Shown here piece by piece: positions 59,527 through 63,344 of a DNA stretch of 63,344 nt. Position 1 is the stretch's first letter. Each line of letters begins with the position of its first letter. A program made the position numbers and the translations under genes. Origin of the DNA: a virus. The notes beneath the pieces were generated by a model that was given only the letters and a program-made list of their open reading frames with translations, was not told where the DNA came from and did no database searches. Location: positions 1 through 63,344 of IMG/VR virus record IMGVR_UViG_3300032144_000009; one strand, given 5' to 3'.

Positions 59527-60168
59527 TTACGGTTGACGAGTACAGACGGTGACGCGAGTCGGGACAGGGTTCGAACCGAACGCCATGTAGTACGTGACGA
59601 CCCCGTTGCTCACAGTGCTTGTCCAGGCCACGCTAGGCCGGCATGGGGCCCCTACAGTCGCCCCGCTGGTGCGTGCCCCTAGCACGTCACTGGCAGCGTC
59701 GTATGCGTACCATTGCCGCGTTGCAGCGGTACCGTTCACCGCGACAAGCCACACCCCTCCAGGCACGGGTTTCGGATCGTTGTAGAACCCATGTTGACGC
59801 GCGAAGAAGTGCAGGCGGTTGAACGCACCAGTCTGACTTTCCGTAGGGGGCACGTGCAGACGCGTGACCGCTTCATTGAACGCTGCGAGCGGGTTCGGAG
59901 CAGCCAGGATTGCTGCCAAGACGTCCATAACGCTAAGGGAAGGGACTTGAACGCTGGAGACAACCGCGTAAGTCTGAGAGCGCCAGATCACGCCACCGTC
60001 AACCTGCTGGATCGGACATGCCCACTCATACCAGTCGCCCTCATCCGTGCCGCCCGTGGCAAGAGCTGTGCCCGTGCCGTTGTAGTTCGATGGCAGGCAA
60101 TCGTAAGCCAGCGCAGGCAGCGCGAGCGCAAGCAGGCAAGTGATCAACAACGCTTTCAGATATTTCAT
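59527..60168 (-). CDS. Secreted protein of unknown function (213 aa)
   Basis: The signal peptide is MKYLKALLITCLLALALPALA/YD. Confidence 0.65.
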   Translation of the reverse strand: MKYLKALLITCLLALALPALAYDCLPSNYNGTGTALATGGTDEGDWYEWACPIQQVDGGVIWRSQTYAVVSSVQVPSLSVMDVLAAILAAPNPLAAFNEAVTRLHVPPTESQTGAFNRLHFFARQHGFYNDPKPVPGGVWLVAVNGTAATRQWYAYDAASDVLGARTSGATVGAPCRPSVAWTSTVSNGVVTYYMAFGSNPVPTRVTVCTRQP

Positions 60169-60178
60169 TTTCTTTCCC

Positions 60179-61615
60179 TTAGAGGATAACTACGACGGAA
60201 CCGTCTGCACGAATGGCAAGCAGGCCCAGATCAAACGCTGTGCGTGACATGATGTCTCCGCGCACAATGATCGGCACGGGGGTGTCGGAACCCACGTGCC
60301 GAATGGTGGCCGCAAGCATGTCCGCCGCTTCCTGCATTGCAGCGGAGCACACAATGGCGATTGCCACAATGCCTGCTGCGGAGTCATCCTGTTCAAACAA
60401 GCTTGCGGTGAGCAACACACCTAGAGCGCTTGTTGCTGACAACGTGTCAGCGCCCTCGCTCAGTGCTCCCGCAAGCGATATCGACGTGGCAGCGGTGCTC
60501 GTGACCGTATCGCTGTCTTCCACGAGCGAAGCTGTGATGATGATCCCGCCTGGGCCAACGGCCGTTGCAGCAACCGTGTTCGCTGCTTCTGTGAGTGCAG
60601 CATTGACTAAGATGGCAATCGATGCTGTCGACGCAACGGTATCAGCAGCCTCGGTGATGGAACTTGTCAGCGAGAGCGCGGACACGACTGTTGCAGCGAG
60701 AGTGTCATTTGCATCAGCGAGGGACGCAGACGCGATGAGCTGTGAAGTCAGAGTGGCTGCAACGGTATCGGATGCGTCAGCAAGACTTGCGGAGGCTGCC
60801 AGTGCAAGCGACGCAGTTGAAGTAACCACATCTGGCGCTTCTGTCACCGTGGCGGTTGCAACGATCGCTGACGTAACTGTCGATGCAATCGTGTCGTTCG
60901 CTTCTGTGATGTCTGCGGTGATGGTAATCTCACCGGGGCCCGTCGCACCAGCAAGTCGCGCCCCGTGAATTGCGAACGCCATCGCCGCTTCACTGGCGTT
61001 GTTCACGTTCACGCGAACAGTCACAGTACCTGCGGAGGCGACAACCTTTTCTAGGACAGCAACAGCGACAAACTCGTCATCGTCTTGAGCGACAATGATC
61101 GTGCCGTCGCTTGCAACCTCCGTGAACGCATCGATCGCAAGATTGCCTGACACTACCTGGATGATGGCGGTCAGTACGTCATCCACCTCGCAATCAGGAA
61201 ACTCGAGTTCCGCTTGGAACGTCGAGACGTCACCTTGAGCCCCGCTGTTGACAACGTAGTCCTCGACACTGTCAACTTCTTCGTATGCAACGCCAGCAGC
61301 TACACCTTGTAGGCCACCGGTGGCGGATCCGTAGATCGTTGTGGTCCCCGTGGGACCGGGTAGCACATAGCCACCACGGAAAATGCCGTTCGAGAAATAG
61401 AACGTTGTGTCAGATGCGCCAGGCGTGATGTCTGTTCCGCCTGAGCCCCCGTACTTGAGGGACAGCATCGTCGGAGCACCGCCGAACGCGTTGACGAACC
61501 CTGATGCTCCCAGCAGGAATCGACCGCTGCCACCTTGCGAGAACGAAGGTGTGCTACCGCTCGAGGATTCGAACGCTAGGACAGTCGCTTCAGCATCGAC
61601 ACGGGTGATGGGCAT
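60179..61615 (-). CDS. Fibre-like protein with ten tandem 21-residue repeats
   Basis: 478 aa. The repeats follow the pattern hxhxxxhxEAxDThxxTxxxx. Confidence 0.7.
   Translation of the reverse strand: MPITRVDAEATVLAFESSSGSTPSFSQGGSGRFLLGASGFVNAFGGAPTMLSLKYGGSGGTDITPGASDTTFYFSNGIFRGGYVLPGPTGTTTIYGSATGGLQGVAAGVAYEEVDSVEDYVVNSGAQGDVSTFQAELEFPDCEVDDVLTAIIQVVSGNLAIDAFTEVASDGTIIVAQDDDEFVAVAVLEKVVASAGTVTVRVNVNNASEAAMAFAIHGARLAGATGPGEITITADITEANDTIASTVTSAIVATATVTEAPDVVTSTASLALAASASLADASDTVAATLTSQLIASASLADANDTLAATVVSALSLTSSITEAADTVASTASIAILVNAALTEAANTVAATAVGPGGIIITASLVEDSDTVTSTAATSISLAGALSEGADTLSATSALGVLLTASLFEQDDSAAGIVAIAIVCSAAMQEAADMLAATIRHVGSDTPVPIIVRGDIMSRTAFDLGLLAIRADGSVVVIL
60293..60928 (-). 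repeat. Ten tandem ~63-bp (21-codon) coding repeats, diverged at the DNA level
   Basis: ITITADITEANDTIASTVTSA / IVATATVTEAPDVVTSTASLA / LAASASLADASDTVAATLTSQ / LIASASLADANDTLAATVVSA / ... / IVCSAAMQEAADMLAATIRHV. Confidence 0.8.
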
Positions 61616-61624
61616 AGTGACCTA

Positions 61625-61807
61625 TCAGATGGTCACTGCGAAACCGATCTGCACCAACTTCGCAAGCACAAGCTGGATTGTTTCTTCAGTCAGCTGAGAC
61701 CGTGCGGCATCGACATGCTGTTGCAGCACAGGGGGCAACTGTACCCCTTGCACGATCGCGTCACGCGTCGCTCGTGCAACCAGCTGAAGGGCAATCGCAT
61801 TCTCCAT
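61625..61807 (-). CDS. Hypothetical 60-aa protein
   Basis: ATG at 61807 (MENAIALQLVARATRDAIVQG...). The longer track ORF adds an R-rich extension. Confidence 0.45.
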   Translation of the reverse strand: MENAIALQLVARATRDAIVQGVQLPPVLQQHVDAARSQLTEETIQLVLAKLVQIGFAVTI

Positions 61808-61808
61808 C

Positions 61809-61982
61809 TCAAAGCTGGTCGATCTGCTCGCGGACCTTGTCGGTGATCTTCGCGCGGGCTTCGTCCACCATGTCCTGCACCTTGTCGAGCGCACCCTTGC
61901 GAACTTCAGCGTCGACGTCTTCGTGCTCAGCGATGCTCTTGATGTGCATCTGCGTGTACTCGAGCTTTTTCTTCAGATCCAT
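61809..61982 (-). CDS. Hypothetical 57-aa helical protein (below the track cutoff)
   Basis: Hand translation gives MDLKKKLEYTQMHIKSIAEHEDVDAEVRKGALDKVQDMVDEARAKITDKVREQIDQL*. Confidence 0.45.
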   Translation of the reverse strand: MDLKKKLEYTQMHIKSIAEHEDVDAEVRKGALDKVQDMVDEARAKITDKVREQIDQL

Positions 61983-61993
61983 GTCAGGGCTCC

Positions 61994-62407
61994 TTAGTTG
62001 CCGGAGGTGAGGGTGAACGCAGAGACCGTGAGGGTTTGTGCGTTGGCGATGTTCTTGTTGTCCGCAACCATCTCAGGCGTGTCAGCGGTCTCACCGAACG
62101 TGCCTTGCAGGTGAGACGTGCTGCCCGTGCTTTCGAACAAGCGGAAGAACGTGCCGTCAGTGCCTGCACCAGCGCCGGATTGACCAGTCAGCGTCCACGC
62201 GCTGGCGGACTTGGCCTTCGTGCCGCCGGATGCAGCGTTCATCCAGTCACTCGGCAACGTGCCTTGTGCGAGCAGGACCGCAGCGCCGAGGGATGCGCTT
62301 TCGTCCGCCGGGACAGAGCCGCTGTAGATGCGCAGAATGGGCGCCGTGCCAACCGCGACCTCAAGGGCGTCGAGTTGTGCGTTCTGCACAGTGGGACTTT
62401 TGAACAT
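61994..62407 (-). CDS. Hypothetical structural-module protein (137 aa)
   Basis: AGGAGG RBS. Confidence 0.65.
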   Translation of the reverse strand: MFKSPTVQNAQLDALEVAVGTAPILRIYSGSVPADESASLGAAVLLAQGTLPSDWMNAASGGTKAKSASAWTLTGQSGAGAGTDGTFFRLFESTGSTSHLQGTFGETADTPEMVADNKNIANAQTLTVSAFTLTSGN

Positions 62408-62418
62408 GATGAAACCTC

Positions 62419-62688
62419 CTAAGAAATCTGGGCTGACGTGATGCGACCGAGCGAGTCCGTCACAGTGACTCGAGTAGCCCCGCCTCCCACATCAGTCATC
62501 GTGACGTTTCCGCTGCCGTCAGTGGAGTACGAAACCGTGTGCGGAACCTCGTTCATCAGATACGAGATGACGCGGTCACTGCCGTCGTATTCAATCTCTG
62601 TGATGTTGACGGTAGGTGGAGCACCCGCGGGCCCTTGGTTCGTGCCAATGGTCAGCGTGATGACATTGTCGACAACCGTTACGCTCAT
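62419..62688 (-). CDS. Hypothetical protein (89 aa)
   Basis: ATGA coupling to the upstream gene. Confidence 0.6.
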   Translation of the reverse strand: MSVTVVDNVITLTIGTNQGPAGAPPTVNITEIEYDGSDRVISYLMNEVPHTVSYSTDGSGNVTMTDVGGGATRVTVTDSLGRITSAQIS

Positions 62689-63071
62689 CGTGTCACCTCG
62701 CGGAAGACGACGACCTTGCCGTACAGTAACGGGGTCACACCGCCAAGCGAATCCTCGAACTCGATGTCATACACGTAGTTCGACTCGGGCTTCGTGGTTG
62801 TCTCACCTGCAACGATGGCAGCAGTTTGCTCATCCGTCAAGCTGAAGGTGAACGCACCCGCGGCAGCGTCTGTGATCGTGCAAGTCAACGAGGCGATGAT
62901 GTCGACGTCCAACGCCTTGCGTCGAATCTGACCCCGCACTGACCCCGCTGTGAGATCCATGGGGGTGCCGTCGTCATTGGTGAGGTTGACTGTTGCGCCG
63001 AAGCTGGCCCCTTGCTTCACCTTGAGATCAAGGTTTTCGCCATAGGTGCCAATGCTCGGGGTTGTCGCCAT
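62685..63071 (-). CDS. Ig-like (BppU-N-like) domain protein
   Basis: VNLTNDDGTPMDLTAGSVRGQIRR...ITDAAAGAFTFSLTDEQTA...YVYDIEFED pattern. No Shine-Dalgarno sequence. Confidence 0.55.
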   Translation of the reverse strand: MATTPSIGTYGENLDLKVKQGASFGATVNLTNDDGTPMDLTAGSVRGQIRRKALDVDIIASLTCTITDAAAGAFTFSLTDEQTAAIVAGETTTKPESNYVYDIEFEDSLGGVTPLLYGKVVVFREVTR

Positions 63072-63077
63072 GCGCGC

Positions 63078-63107
63078 ACAATACGTGCACGATATGCGTC
63101 ACCGCAA
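63078..63107 (-). promoter_or_regulatory. Candidate promoter TTGCGG-18-TATTGT placed to give a leaderless transcript of 62685-63071
   Basis: The -10 hexamer ends 6 nt before the A of the ATG at 63071. Confidence 0.3.
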
Positions 63108-63138
63108 GTCGGATAATCTGGTAAGCGGGTCTAGTTGG

Positions 63139-63344
63139 TCACAACCCGCTAGACTTCTCGATCAGCTGAGTGAGCAGCATCGTCTGCGTCACAACCTCGT
63201 CGAGCTCAGCGTCGAGAGAGGTTTGTGCAGCAAGGCGCGCTGCATCCATCATCTCGCGGTTCTGTATCATCGCCGCGGAATAGAAGTTGTTGCACGCTGC
63301 TTCGCGCTTCGAACGCAGGGAGTTGATGCGGACTTGACAGTCCG
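63139..63344 (-). CDS. 3' portion of the junction-spanning 79-aa ORF (63218-63344 duplicates 1-127)
   Basis: Stop TGA at 63139-63141. It is in frame with the 5' part at 1-161. Confidence 0.5.
   Translation of the reverse strand, partial: DCQVRINSLRSKREAACNNFYSAAMIQNREMMDAARLAAQTSLDAELDEVVTQTMLLTQLIEKSSGL
63218..63344. repeat. Second copy of the 127-bp terminal identity
   Basis: Identical to 1-127. Confidence 0.95.

Noticed and set aside
60293-60928. Regular ~63-bp periodicity, which could suggest a CRISPR array or a satellite.
   Set aside because: The repeats are in frame, are diverged at the DNA level but conserved at the protein level, have no spacer-and-repeat alternation, and lie inside a single long ORF.
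63218-63344. The 127-bp terminal repeat as a genuine direct terminal repeat or as transposon ends.
   Set aside because: - The repeats are direct, not inverted.
- An ORF reads through the junction.
- The length and exactness are characteristic of an assembler overlap.
- A true short DTR cannot be excluded without read data.
1-63344. tRNA, tmRNA and rRNA genes.
   Set aside because: I checked the intergenic gaps of 60 bp or more by eye. None showed a cloverleaf-compatible acceptor and T-arm pattern such as GGTTCGAATCC. tRNAscan-SE or ARAGORN should confirm this.

Overview
The window is a complete, circularly closed genome of about 63.2 kb from a GC-rich tailed dsDNA phage with a lambda-like long-tail gene set. 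Bases 1-127 are identical to 63218-63344, and one ORF reads across the junction. The overlapped Rz/Rz1-type spanins and an MltB-like endolysin point to a Gram-negative host. I cannot name the phage or the host from sequence alone.

**Layout**
- A divergent control region lies at 10540-11118.
- From it, a rightward replication and nucleotide-metabolism operon runs on the + strand from 11119 to 35153.
- A leftward block of small, mostly unknown early genes runs on the - strand from 10539 to 158. It continues across the junction into an accessory fibre-like module (63071-59527).
- That block continues on the - strand into the lysis cassette, terminase, portal, head, neck and tail genes, ending at 35202.
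- Genes are tightly packed. Many adjacent genes overlap stop and start codons (ATGA, TAATG, GTGA).

**Rightward operon contents**
- AEP primase-polymerase, MazG, RNase H, ThyX, ATP-dependent ligase.
- Sak4-like ATPase, a DUF669 SSB-like protein, a PD-(D/E)XK exonuclease and an SF2 helicase.
- A beta-clamp-like protein and a family B DNA polymerase.

**Most notable system**
- 26673-31265 holds a complete 7-deazaguanine DNA-hypermodification module: QueE, a Gat-QueC fusion, QueD, FolE and DpdA. It predicts 2'-deoxyarchaeosine-type modification.
- The module is interrupted by a low-GC HNH endonuclease.
- It is preceded by a set of paralogous putative DNA-binding proteins that have their own promoters.

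**Other points of interest**
- An E. coli SSB-type acidic tip (DDDIPF) sits on the C-terminus of the SF2 helicase.
- A TGTTAAT site array with an adjacent C-rich tract lies in the divergent control region.
- A four-copy promoter family has fixed geometry: TGTAACAG, then 19 or 29 nt, then GGTCYGA, then 9 nt, then TAnnnT.
- A canonical G GGA AAC -1 frameshift site links the two tail-chaperone ORFs.
- A fibre-like protein carries ten 21-residue repeats.

**Not found**
I recognised no tRNA, rRNA, CRISPR array, integrase, partition system, DNA methyltransferase or phage RNA polymerase.

**Basis of the calls**
All functional calls come from motifs read by eye in the supplied translations. No database search was run.
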